The notes beneath the pieces are model-generated. The model did not search any database. It had not been told where the DNA came from and worked only from the letters and a program-made list of their open reading frames with translations. This document shows, piece after piece, positions 19,535 through 28,799 of a stretch of DNA of 64,000 nucleotides. The position numbers were made by a program, and so were the translations under genes. Position 1 is the first letter of the stretch. Every line of letters begins with the position of its first letter. Origin of the DNA: Bacteroidia bacterium (GTDB lineage Bacteria; Bacteroidota; Bacteroidia; Palsa-965); the NCBI GenBank assembly GCA_025454955.1, contig JALONL010000015.1, positions 72,230 to 136,229 of the forward strand, written 5' to 3'.

Positions 19535-19750
19535 TTATTTCTTCTTGCAGCAGGGCTTGGCTTCGGCCGAACCTGCGGTCATTTCGGCATTGCTGTGGCA
19601 GGAGCTGTTATCGGCCGAAACGGCGGCTTCTTTTTTGCAGCAGGAGCCGGTTTCTTTGCATTCTGATTTGCTGCCGGTGTAGGCCATTGCGGTAACACTT
19701 CCGGCCAGAGCCACAAATACGAGAAATGAGGTGATGATAAGACGGTTCAT
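19535..19750 (-). CDS. Small secreted Cys-rich protein
   Basis: 71 aa, signal peptide, mature part with C..CC, CH and terminal CCKKK. Confidence 0.65.
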   Translation of the reverse strand: MNRLIITSFLVFVALAGSVTAMAYTGSKSECKETGSCCKKEAAVSADNSSCHSNAEMTAGSAEAKPCCKKK

Positions 19751-19797
19751 GACAAATGATTTTATGTAAAGGTAAGCAATAGCGGCTTAATATGCGA

Positions 19798-20967
19798 TTA
19801 ATCCTTTTGTGTGCTTCTAGGTTTCTCGGGATCAGAAAAGCTGAGTGCGGTTACATTGGGAATGCGGTAGCAGATGGCAATTACGCCCGAAAGGTTCTGG
19901 TCGAAGTAGCTGACCTGCGGGTAAGCATTGGCCGATGGGCGGGTAGAAGTTTCAAACAGATTTTTATCGGCCTGCAGCAGACGGGCTTCGGCACGGATGC
20001 AGAAGTTTTCGTTGAAACGGTATTCGGTTCCGGCTGCCCCGCCGTAGATGTTTGCGCCAAATGCGCCAATTACCGGCTGTGAAATGAATACTGCGTCAGG
20101 ATCGAGGTATGCTTCGGCGCGGGCGGTTACCGACCAGTGTTCGTTTATATTGCCGCGATAAATAAGTGATTGCGCAAACCAGTACGACGCATTGGTTTGT
20201 GGATTGGAACCGGTTGACTGATATCCCGCATCGAACGCGAAGGTGAGTTTGTGTTTTTCGTTGGGGGAAGTGTAGCTTATCCATAAATTATGGAATGCGC
20301 GGATCAGCATGATGGGGCGTGGAATGAGTTGTCCGAAAAACGCGGAGGAGTTTATGGTGAACTGTCCCACACGCCACTGCACCTGCGTACCCAGCGAAGG
20401 GCCGGTGCGGGGCAGTGTGAAGCGACGAATGTTTTGCCAGCCGTTGAGTACAAAAAAGCCGAGATCGAGTTTCGACGATTTGTAAAGCATGCGCACACCG
20501 GTTTCGTAGTAGGGCGAATTATCGGCCATGAGTGTGCGGGTGAGCATGTCGTTGTCGATGCCTCTTGCGCTTTCCACACCAATGTGGGAATTGAAGATGC
20601 CCATGTCGATCCAGATTTCGCGGGTATTTGATACGCGCATACCGGCGTAGGCTTCGGAAACGTTGCGCAGGCCGGGAGGTTCGATGCCAAGGTTGCGTTC
20701 TACGTAGGTTCCGGCCTGTAAGCCGAGTTTGAGGCGTGTATTTCGGTTGGTGGCAAGGTAACCGTATTCGGCCTGTACGAGATTGATGGCAACTTCGTTG
20801 AGGCGATGGTGGTTTGACATAAACAGGGGTCTGTTCTGCGAAAGCGGCTGCCGCATATCCAAACCGGCATAAGCCTCGGTGTAGAACGAAAAACCGGTAT
20901 CGAATGTTTGTGCACCAAGCGTGGCAGCGGTAAACAGGGCGAGGAGTAGGAGGTTAATTTTTTTCAT
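19798..20967 (-). CDS. Putative beta-barrel porin (BBP2/DUF1597-like)
   Basis: Start reassigned to MKKINLLLL (20967); NHHRLNEVAINL, FNSHIGVES, MADNSPYYETG, LNGWQNI motifs. Confidence 0.75.
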   Translation of the reverse strand: MKKINLLLLALFTAATLGAQTFDTGFSFYTEAYAGLDMRQPLSQNRPLFMSNHHRLNEVAINLVQAEYGYLATNRNTRLKLGLQAGTYVERNLGIEPPGLRNVSEAYAGMRVSNTREIWIDMGIFNSHIGVESARGIDNDMLTRTLMADNSPYYETGVRMLYKSSKLDLGFFVLNGWQNIRRFTLPRTGPSLGTQVQWRVGQFTINSSAFFGQLIPRPIMLIRAFHNLWISYTSPNEKHKLTFAFDAGYQSTGSNPQTNASYWFAQSLIYRGNINEHWSVTARAEAYLDPDAVFISQPVIGAFGANIYGGAAGTEYRFNENFCIRAEARLLQADKNLFETSTRPSANAYPQVSYFDQNLSGVIAICYRIPNVTALSFSDPEKPRSTQKD

Positions 20968-21454
20968 AGCATATAAATGTAAATGCAAAAGCGTGTTTTT
21001 CGTCGGCCGGGTGGAATTCTTCCGATACTTTTTTCCAGAGTGTGGGGTCGGGTGCGGGGTAGAATGTATCGGCTTCGAGTTCGGTATGTACGCGGGTGAG
21101 CCAGATGCGGGTGGCGAAGTGGCGTGTTTGCGCATAAATTTCGCCGCCGCCGATAATGAAGAGTTCGGTTTCATTAAGTGTGCGGGCCAGTTCCACGGCG
21201 GCTTCAATGCTTTGCACTACGTGAGCGCCGGGGGCATCGTAGCCCGGCTGCCGGGTTACCACAATGTTGGTACGCCCGGGCAGGGGACGAAAGTTTAACG
21301 GAATGGATTCGTAGTTGCGGCGGCCGGTAACCACGCAATGGCCGGTAGTTTTTTCCTTGAAAAACTTCATATCATCGGGCAGCCGCCACAGCAGGCGGTT
21401 GTCTTTGCCGATAGCCCCGTTTTCGGCGGCGGCCACAATGTGTGTGATGTGCAT
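20954..21454 (-). CDS. folA: Dihydrofolate reductase
   Basis: Start at MHITHIVAAAENGAIG; LPDDMKFFKE, GRRNYESI, PLPGRTNIV, FIIGGGEIY. Confidence 0.95.
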   Translation of the reverse strand: MHITHIVAAAENGAIGKDNRLLWRLPDDMKFFKEKTTGHCVVTGRRNYESIPLNFRPLPGRTNIVVTRQPGYDAPGAHVVQSIEAAVELARTLNETELFIIGGGEIYAQTRHFATRIWLTRVHTELEADTFYPAPDPTLWKKVSEEFHPADEKHAFAFTFICYEKN

Positions 21455-21495
21455 AGCGGGCAAAGATAAGTCACCGGCCGCATACTCAGTGCAAA

Positions 21496-23256
21496 CTACC
21501 TGCGCGTACAGAAACCCATTGTAATGCCCATGCGCACAGCAGGCCCAAAGCGTGTGGCCTTGCGGTTTTCGAGCAGCGTGTGCATAATGGTGTGGCCGTC
21601 GCCCTCGTACTGCGCCGCACCTGTGTTGAACTGCGCATAGTACACACCCAGCCCGGTAAAGAAATCGATGTAAAAAAACTTGCGGGCCGAATACACGCCA
21701 TAGTTGAGATAAGCCGTGTATGCTTTTTCCACCGGACTGAAACGATGTTGCGAAGCCACAAACTGCCCGGCCGCATCGTTCACATCGGCCCACACGGGAA
21801 GGAAATTGCGGTTTACAATCTCGAACATAGGCCCCACATAAAACGGCGACGATGACGACTGCGCCTTTGAAATAAAACGCAGCGCAATATGCGCCCGGTA
21901 ACCGTCCCAGTACATACTTCCATCTTCCCTTGAAATGTCGCGGAATGTAAGGTCTTCCTGCAAAACGAAATTGCGGTTTATGGTTTTTCCGCCCACCTCA
22001 AGCTGAAAGCGGCTGTTGCCCACGCCCACGGCCAGGCCATAGTCGCGGTAGTGGTTGTAACGGGTAATGAGTGTGAGCGGGTATGTGGCGGTGTACACCA
22101 TAAATCCTCCGCTGCGGCGACGGTTTGCCTTTTCGCGTTTGCGCTCTTCCTCGGCGCGGAGTTTGTCGCAGGTTTTGGCCTTTTCAAGCGCCGCATTCTT
22201 ACGCGCATTGTCGTTAAACATTTCGTAGTAGCCGGCTACTTTGCGCCAGCCCTCGCAGTCTGAAGAATAGATCAGTTTTTCGTAAGCCTGCACGGCATTC
22301 AGTCCGAGCGCATTGTTGCCACGACGGTCGGCAAGCTGTATTACTTTTTCTAATTGGTCTTTTTCGTAAGGATAGTTGTATTTGAATGCTTTTTCGTAAA
22401 ACTCTTCGGCTTTGTTCAGGTCGCCTTCTTTCTGGAAAATGGCTGCGGTTTTTGCATACACCTCGCCATTGCCTATAAGCGAAGGGTTGGCCGCAAACAC
22501 ATCGTTAATGCGGTTGTAGGAAGTAATGAACGTGGGATAATTATTTTCTTTTACTGTTTTGCGGTAGCTGCTGTCTAATTGCGAATACTGCACGGCCAGT
22601 TTTACAGCCATATCCAGCATTTCCTTATCCAGTTGATTAAGTTTTTTCTTCTCGCCAATTACTTTGGTAATGGCAATGTAGCGGTACCAGCTATACGACG
22701 AACTCCCTTCGGTCATCTGAATGGTTTTGCGCGAGCAGGAAAGCGATTTTTCGCTGCGGCTTGTATTGGCGCATACTTCGCCATAGCCGGTGTAATACTC
22801 TATGTAAGTGCTCTGAAAATTTTCGTATTTAATGGAATAGTTTTTCCCGTCAAACAAATATCGCAGCGGAAAAATGGAAGGATTTCCAAAATAGTCGAAA
22901 TCGTTTTCAATGGTCGCCATAATTTTGTAGGCATCCTCGTTGCGGCCTTTCATGCCATACACAAAAGCCTGCTGATAGTAAAAATTGGCTCTGAAATAAC
23001 GGGCCACGCGGCGTTCTTCGCTGCTTTCGGGCAATACACGCAGGAGCGAGTCGAGTATGCTTACACCTTTTGCGGTGGTTCGTTCCACGTAGGCAATCTC
23101 TGCATCAGTAAGCGTACCCGGTTTAAACGTATCAACCGAGTCTCTTTCGCGGTTATATATTTTCACGGCATATTCCAGCCTTGCGGCGGTTGATGCCTGT
23201 GCCGCACACACTGTGGCGGCGAAAGAAAACAGCAGGGTAAACAGCAGGGATTTCAT
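21496..23256 (-). CDS. Secreted hypothetical protein, TPR-like helical region plus C-terminal beta-barrel-like region
   Basis: 586 aa; signal peptide; helical A/Y-rich repeats; ends MGITMGFCTRR. Confidence 0.7.
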   Translation of the reverse strand: MKSLLFTLLFSFAATVCAAQASTAARLEYAVKIYNRERDSVDTFKPGTLTDAEIAYVERTTAKGVSILDSLLRVLPESSEERRVARYFRANFYYQQAFVYGMKGRNEDAYKIMATIENDFDYFGNPSIFPLRYLFDGKNYSIKYENFQSTYIEYYTGYGEVCANTSRSEKSLSCSRKTIQMTEGSSSYSWYRYIAITKVIGEKKKLNQLDKEMLDMAVKLAVQYSQLDSSYRKTVKENNYPTFITSYNRINDVFAANPSLIGNGEVYAKTAAIFQKEGDLNKAEEFYEKAFKYNYPYEKDQLEKVIQLADRRGNNALGLNAVQAYEKLIYSSDCEGWRKVAGYYEMFNDNARKNAALEKAKTCDKLRAEEERKREKANRRRSGGFMVYTATYPLTLITRYNHYRDYGLAVGVGNSRFQLEVGGKTINRNFVLQEDLTFRDISREDGSMYWDGYRAHIALRFISKAQSSSSPFYVGPMFEIVNRNFLPVWADVNDAAGQFVASQHRFSPVEKAYTAYLNYGVYSARKFFYIDFFTGLGVYYAQFNTGAAQYEGDGHTIMHTLLENRKATRFGPAVRMGITMGFCTRR

Positions 23257-23361
23257 GGGATAAATTTCTGTTTTTAGGCATATAGATACAATACGACAAA
23301 TGCCGTATTGACTTGTTGTTTTTACTCAGTTATGCCAATAGAAAAACCAATGCAGGAGTAC

Positions 23362-24096
23362 CTACATTTTCTTTTCTTCCACCATTTGTCCGCGTACAAA
23401 TTCCTGCACGGCCACTAATTTCCCCTGCTCGTCATAAACTTTCCAGCTGCCTTCTTTCATCACATCACTCACCTCGGCATTGAACTGCATGGTGCCTTCT
23501 TCTTCTACTTTTCCGTTTTCGTAGTAGGAAACGTAGCTGTACCGGAGTTTCTTTTTATCGGTAAGTTCGAGCAGGCTTTGGGGGCTGTTTTTGGCGTAGT
23601 AGAATTTGCGGATAACCGGGTATTCGTTCTTTTTGGCATTTTCTTCTATAAACTCGGGGCTTCCGTCTTCGAAGTATTCGTAGGTGGTTTCGGGTTCGCC
23701 CTGGTAGTAGATAATGTCGGAACGAATCTGACCATTTTCGTAGTAAATGGTCATCTGGCAGCGGTTGTTATCGGTGTGGCGGAAATTGCGTTCGAGTTTT
23801 CCGCTTTCGAAATAGTTTTTGTAGATGCGCAGTTGTCCTTCCACGTAAAAGCCTTCGTGAAGAAGCTGGCCGTTGCTGTAATAATCCTGCCACCAGTTTA
23901 CCGCCGCATAGCCCGACACACCGTTTCGCACCGAATCGCCGCCGAGGGCCGAATTGAGTTTTTCGTAAATGAAAATGCCCAGCGTGGAATCATACACCTG
24001 CGCCTGAGCGTAGTACTGCTTTGTGTTTTTTTGTTTGCCCAGCTGGGCGCACAATTGCAGCGGCAAAAGCAGGATAAGGGCAAAAACGAGGCGCAT
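23362..24096 (-). CDS. Secreted MORN-variant repeat protein (YwqK-like)
   Basis: Repeated YY.NG.L..EG / YFESGKLE / YYENGQI / YYENGKVEEEG units with signal peptide. Confidence 0.8.
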   Translation of the reverse strand: MRLVFALILLLPLQLCAQLGKQKNTKQYYAQAQVYDSTLGIFIYEKLNSALGGDSVRNGVSGYAAVNWWQDYYSNGQLLHEGFYVEGQLRIYKNYFESGKLERNFRHTDNNRCQMTIYYENGQIRSDIIYYQGEPETTYEYFEDGSPEFIEENAKKNEYPVIRKFYYAKNSPQSLLELTDKKKLRYSYVSYYENGKVEEEGTMQFNAEVSDVMKEGSWKVYDEQGKLVAVQEFVRGQMVEEKKM

Positions 24097-24186
24097 GAAT
24101 GAGTATAGGTTTGGGCTTTTTACGACGAAGCACAGCCGGAGGTTGCTCCGGCTGTGACTGTATTTTACACAAAAGGTAACTACCTG

Positions 24187-25146
24187 TTAATGAATACCTT
24201 TTGCAGTAAGGTAGCGTTCGGCATCGAGTGCGCCCATGCAACCGCTTCCGGCGGCGGTAACGGCCTGGCGGTAAATTTTATCCTGCGCATCGCCCACGGC
24301 AAACACGCCTTCCACATTGGTTTTGCTGGTGCCGGGCGTGGTAACGATATAGCCCTGATCGTCCATGTCGAGCCAGCCCTTGAAAATATCGGTGTTGGGC
24401 TTATGGCCGATGGCCACGAAGAAACCGTAAATATCAATTTTGCGCTCTTCGCCGGTGAGGTTGTTGGTAATGAGTGCGCCGTTTACGCCGCTGTCGTCGC
24501 CGAGCACTTCCTTAGTTTCGGAGTGCCAGAGGATTTCGATATTGGCGGTGTTTTCCACGCGGTGCTGCATGGCTTTGGAGGCGCGCATTTCGCCCTGGCC
24601 CTTGCGCACAATCATATATACTTTGCGGCAGAGTTTGGAGAGGTAGTGGGCTTCTTCGCAGGCGGTATCGCCGGCACCCACAATGGCCACGTCTTTGCCG
24701 CGGTAGAAAAATCCGTCGCACACCGCGCAGGCCGACACGCCGCCAATGCTGCGGTATTTCTGCTCCGACTCAATGCCCAGCCATTTGGCCGAAGCGCCGG
24801 TGGCCACAATTACGGTATCGGCATGTATTTCGGTCTTGCCGTCGTCAACCCATACTTTATGCACCGGGCCGCTGAAATCCACTTTCGACACCCAGCCGTA
24901 GCGGATATCGGTGTTAAAACGTTCGGCCTGGGCTTTAAACTGCTCCATCATTTCTGGGCCCTGAATGCCTTTGGGATAGCCCGGGTAGTTTTCCACTTCG
25001 GTGGTAATGGTAAGCTGTCCGCCGGGTTCCGGGCCCATATACATAACAGGCTTCATATCGGCACGGGCCGCGTAAATGGCCGCCGTGTAACCGGCAGGGC
25101 CTGAACCGACAATGAGACAGCGGTGGTGTTCGGGTGTGTGGCTCAT
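24187..25146 (-). CDS. trxB: Thioredoxin-disulfide reductase
   Basis: GSGPAGYTAA, GGQL, CAVCDG redox motif, GAGDTA, GDAQD, QAVTAAGSGC; start at MSHTPE (25146). Confidence 0.96.
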   Translation of the reverse strand: MSHTPEHHRCLIVGSGPAGYTAAIYAARADMKPVMYMGPEPGGQLTITTEVENYPGYPKGIQGPEMMEQFKAQAERFNTDIRYGWVSKVDFSGPVHKVWVDDGKTEIHADTVIVATGASAKWLGIESEQKYRSIGGVSACAVCDGFFYRGKDVAIVGAGDTACEEAHYLSKLCRKVYMIVRKGQGEMRASKAMQHRVENTANIEILWHSETKEVLGDDSGVNGALITNNLTGEERKIDIYGFFVAIGHKPNTDIFKGWLDMDDQGYIVTTPGTSKTNVEGVFAVGDAQDKIYRQAVTAAGSGCMGALDAERYLTAKGIH

Positions 25147-25182
25147 AAAGAGAGGTAAAGTTTGTGTGGTGTTGTGCGGGGG

Positions 25183-25190
25183 CAAAGGTA
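25183..25190 (-). promoter_or_regulatory. Sigma-A -7 element for trxB
   Basis: TACCTTTG on the minus strand. Confidence 0.6.
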
Positions 25191-25449
25191 CGAAGTATGG
25201 AATCAACATTTTTATATCCCGAATCAAACTACGCAATTCGGACTTAGTAAATTGAAAAACAACCGATTAACACAAAACCCAATCACTGTTTCCTCATTTC
25301 GATGCAAGGATGTGGACAAATTATCAAAATAACTTGTCAGTAGAAATCACTACCCTTATTTTTGACAGAAATCAGATTCTGTAAATATCTTGTTCTCCCT
25401 CAAGTAATAATCTGAGTAATATCATTCAAGATCAAACTGCTGTCTGCAA

Positions 25450-26364
25450 ATGAATATTGATAAGAGTATCAGAAATAACAAGAAAGCGCTTTTAGCATAT
25501 TTCAGAGACAGAGCCAGCGAGTTTTTAACAGAAGTCAGAAAAAATTTTGCCGATACCCAGGCGGATAAGCGGGCAAGAGCCATAAACGAGAACCTGAATA
25601 AGACTAAGGATAACCTGATAGCCACATTGCTTCAGAAAGCCGAAAAAGAAAAATGGCACAATAAAGAAAAACTGGAAGCCCTTTTATTGATTACTTACTG
25701 CAATATTGTTGTAATGATTGAAAGCCGTAATTCAGTTAGACCGTATGAATATATGGATTTTTCAAGGCGGATTGGCGAACTTTGGGATCCTTTCTGCAAA
25801 TTGTGTTTTAATTATCCGATAAATGATGTGGCATTATTTATTCCCCCGTTATTTTCGGAGGTAAAAAAGAAACTCACAAAAGAGATTACCGAATACATTG
25901 ACAATCTTCCGATCCCTGCTTTAGAAAAAACTGAGTTAAAATCCTACTATGACAAAGTATGGAGTATGGTTACGTCAGGAGAAATTCAGTTAGAACTTGA
26001 TCTGCATTTTACTTTTAGCGGCAATAATTATGTGGTTGATTTCAAAAGCGGGTTCGGCTCTAATGAAAAAGGAAATACAAACCGGTTATTACTTGTGGCC
26101 ACAGTTTACCAAAATCTCGAAGCTAACTACAAATGCCTCTTATTGGTAAGATCAGAAGAAAATAACAGTTATTTCAATACGCTTAAAAATTCGGGAATTT
26201 GGGAAGCATACTGTGGCAACGAGGCTTACCGCAAAATACATGAGTACTCTGGCTATGATCTGAAAAAATGGATCGACTCTAATATTAACTGGGAATATGA
26301 TTTCTCAGCAGAAACAACTCAACATCTAACTCAGAATAACCTGATTGAATATCTTAAATGGTAA
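25450..26364 (+). CDS. Putative type II restriction endonuclease (PD-(D/E)xK-like)
   Basis: AT-rich 304-aa ORF overlapping an m6A MTase gene; ELDLHF...VVDFKSG fits a D...(D/E)xK catalytic pattern. Confidence 0.6.
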   Translation: MNIDKSIRNNKKALLAYFRDRASEFLTEVRKNFADTQADKRARAINENLNKTKDNLIATLLQKAEKEKWHNKEKLEALLLITYCNIVVMIESRNSVRPYEYMDFSRRIGELWDPFCKLCFNYPINDVALFIPPLFSEVKKKLTKEITEYIDNLPIPALEKTELKSYYDKVWSMVTSGEIQLELDLHFTFSGNNYVVDFKSGFGSNEKGNTNRLLLVATVYQNLEANYKCLLLVRSEENNSYFNTLKNSGIWEAYCGNEAYRKIHEYSGYDLKKWIDSNINWEYDFSAETTQHLTQNNLIEYLKW

Positions 26365-27872
26365 TGTTAAGTGAAGCTAAAACATATCAGGCATATTATA
26401 CCAGGTCGGCTCCTATAGTTGACTATATGGTTAATATGCTTTCCCTAAAACCTGCCGACAGGATATTTGAACCTTGCGCAGGCGATGGTGTTTTTGTCGA
26501 TGCCCTGCTTAATCTATATCCGGATTCTGAGATTGATGTTTGTGAACTGAATACTCAGTCGGTTAAGGAACTCTTAACCAAATTTTCTGCTTACCCGAAT
26601 GTTCATATCAGAGAATGTGATACTCTTCTTGATGAAGACCTGAACCTCAATTCTTGTTTTGGAGGTATTTATGATAAAATCATTGCGAACCCACCTTATG
26701 GTGCGTGGCAAGATTATTCGAAAAGAACCGTTCTGAAAAAAATTTATCCCGACTTATACATAAAAGAAAGCTATGCCCTTTTTCTTTACCGAAGCATAGA
26801 ACTATTAAAGGAAGATGGGATATTAAGTTTCATTATTCCCGATACATTTTTGAATCTACATACACACAAAGCACTCAGGGAACACATATTATCGAAAACA
26901 CAAATTATTGAATTGGCACTTTTCCCCTCCTCTTTCTTCCCTGGCGTTAATTTTGGATATGCCAACCTTTCAATAATTACACTCAGGAAAAAGAGCGCCC
27001 CAAACGAGTGCATGAACAATACTTTTCCCGTAATTAAAGGATTTAACAATGTTAATCAACTCTACAATATACACAAACAGGAGTTAAGCATAACCACCTA
27101 CAAACAAGGAGATATTTTTCATAACCCCGATCATGCGTTCTATATTTCAGACAATAACAATCTGCTGTACCTGATTAACCATGCAGAGACAAGAATTGGC
27201 GATATAGCTGAGTGTGTAACCGGGTTTTATTCCGGTGATGATAAGCAGTATTTACGCGTAAGTAGCCCCGATCTTCGCAACGGGAAAAATTATGAAGTTA
27301 TCAGTGCTGATTATATCAATAATGACTATTCAAAAATACCGAACGTTCTAAATGGAATTGAGGGGAAAAAATGTTTCATTCCAATAGTGAAAGGAGGGAA
27401 TGCTAAATATATTAAACCCGAAAACTGGTACATGAACTGGAGCAGCGAAGCTGTATATCATTACAAAACCGACAAAAAAGCAAGATTTCAAAACCCGAGG
27501 TATTATTTCCGTTTCGGGATTGGTGTACCCATGATTAGTTCTTCGAGTATAAGTGCTTCACTGATTGAAAAAAAACTATTTGATCAGAGTATTGTGGGTG
27601 TTTTCCCAAAAGATGAAAGCATTACCTATTATCTTCTGGCTTTCTTCAACTCTCCTACCTGTAACAAACTGATCAGAACAATAAACCCATCGGCAAATAA
27701 CCCTGCAAACTACATAAAGAAAATCCCATTTATCATTCCGGAAAAAAGTATTCTAAATTACATTTCTGAAAAGACAATAGGTATAATTGATTCTATTAAA
27801 ACCAGCAATTCTTATGATGAAAATACTGAATTTGAGATTTGGGAAATAATTAAAAACATCTATAAAATTTAG
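26358..27872 (+). CDS. N6-adenine DNA methyltransferase, gamma class (TaqI/Eco57I-like)
   Basis: Motif I FEPCAGDGVF precedes motif IV IIANPPYG; YALF, LSFIIPDTFL; C-terminal TRD-like region. Confidence 0.9.
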   Translation: MVMLSEAKTYQAYYTRSAPIVDYMVNMLSLKPADRIFEPCAGDGVFVDALLNLYPDSEIDVCELNTQSVKELLTKFSAYPNVHIRECDTLLDEDLNLNSCFGGIYDKIIANPPYGAWQDYSKRTVLKKIYPDLYIKESYALFLYRSIELLKEDGILSFIIPDTFLNLHTHKALREHILSKTQIIELALFPSSFFPGVNFGYANLSIITLRKKSAPNECMNNTFPVIKGFNNVNQLYNIHKQELSITTYKQGDIFHNPDHAFYISDNNNLLYLINHAETRIGDIAECVTGFYSGDDKQYLRVSSPDLRNGKNYEVISADYINNDYSKIPNVLNGIEGKKCFIPIVKGGNAKYIKPENWYMNWSSEAVYHYKTDKKARFQNPRYYFRFGIGVPMISSSSISASLIEKKLFDQSIVGVFPKDESITYYLLAFFNSPTCNKLIRTINPSANNPANYIKKIPFIIPEKSILNYISEKTIGIIDSIKTSNSYDENTEFEIWEIIKNIYKI

Positions 27873-27918
27873 AAGCTGTCAATATTACATTTTAACTTGA
27901 CGCTTAATTGATTGCCCC

Positions 27919-28794
27919 CTACGGCCTGCACACCAACGTATCCAGCGTAGGCGCATACCCGCAAAAAATCCCCAGCCCGCCCTGCACATTGGTTTCCACC
28001 ACACCCGGCGCGGCAAACGGATTGCCCTGATTGCCCACAATACTTTCATACGACCTGAAAAACTCCACCTCGGCCGTACCAATGGCGCAGAACTTTACCA
28101 CCACCGTATCGCCCAGCCTGAAGCGGCCGCGCTCGGGGCCGTTGTCGTCGGGGGCGGTGCTGCCGGGTTCCATGCCGCGGGTGTAGCCAAAGTCGAAATC
28201 CTGCCCGTCAATGAACTTATCGAAAAACGCCGAGCCGAAAGGTGGCAGGTAACGATCATCGCGGCCTATGCGTTTGGCAAACCAGCGGTAGCCGTTGCCC
28301 AAACCTGCGGGCTCGTTGAGGTTGGCCCAGATGAAGCCGAGACTGTCGTTGGTGTTGTCGGTATCGAGTTCGTACCAGAGGCTGTCTAAAGCCACCGGCT
28401 GCGGAATGGTGGTGCTGGCCGTTACCGTTTCGCCATTGGCCACCACGGTAAGCCAGTAGGTGCGGCCCACCTGCCCCTGAATAACCGAGCCGCGATACAC
28501 CAGCGGAATGGGCATGGTTAAATCAACCGTGGGGCGCAGCGTATCGGTCTGAACACCGTCGGTGAGCGTAACCACGGCATTGGTAATGAGATAGCCGGCC
28601 AGCGAAGCCGAATCGACCGGATCGAAATAACCGGCGCTGTTGGTGAGTGTAATTTGTGCGAATTCGCCGGTAAAAATGCCGCCGTCCACCACCACTTTCG
28701 ATTCCACTTCGGGCAGGTCGATGGTTATTTCTTTCGTGCAGCCGGCCAGCAGCGCGGCAGTGCAAAGAAGCGGGAGGAAAAATCGTGTATTCAT
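27919..28794 (-). CDS. DUF4249-family lipoprotein
   Basis: Lipobox LAGC followed by TKEI.IDL; C-terminal TNVQGGLGIFCGY; downstream of a TonB-dependent receptor as usual for the family. Confidence 0.8.
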   Translation of the reverse strand: MNTRFFLPLLCTAALLAGCTKEITIDLPEVESKVVVDGGIFTGEFAQITLTNSAGYFDPVDSASLAGYLITNAVVTLTDGVQTDTLRPTVDLTMPIPLVYRGSVIQGQVGRTYWLTVVANGETVTASTTIPQPVALDSLWYELDTDNTNDSLGFIWANLNEPAGLGNGYRWFAKRIGRDDRYLPPFGSAFFDKFIDGQDFDFGYTRGMEPGSTAPDDNGPERGRFRLGDTVVVKFCAIGTAEVEFFRSYESIVGNQGNPFAAPGVVETNVQGGLGIFCGYAPTLDTLVCRP

Positions 28795-28799
28795 CGCGC

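Noticed and set aside
23362-24096. Toxin-antitoxin antitoxin (YwqK label)
   Set aside because: It is a signal-peptide-bearing MORN-variant repeat protein with no adjacent toxin; the label would be family carry-over.
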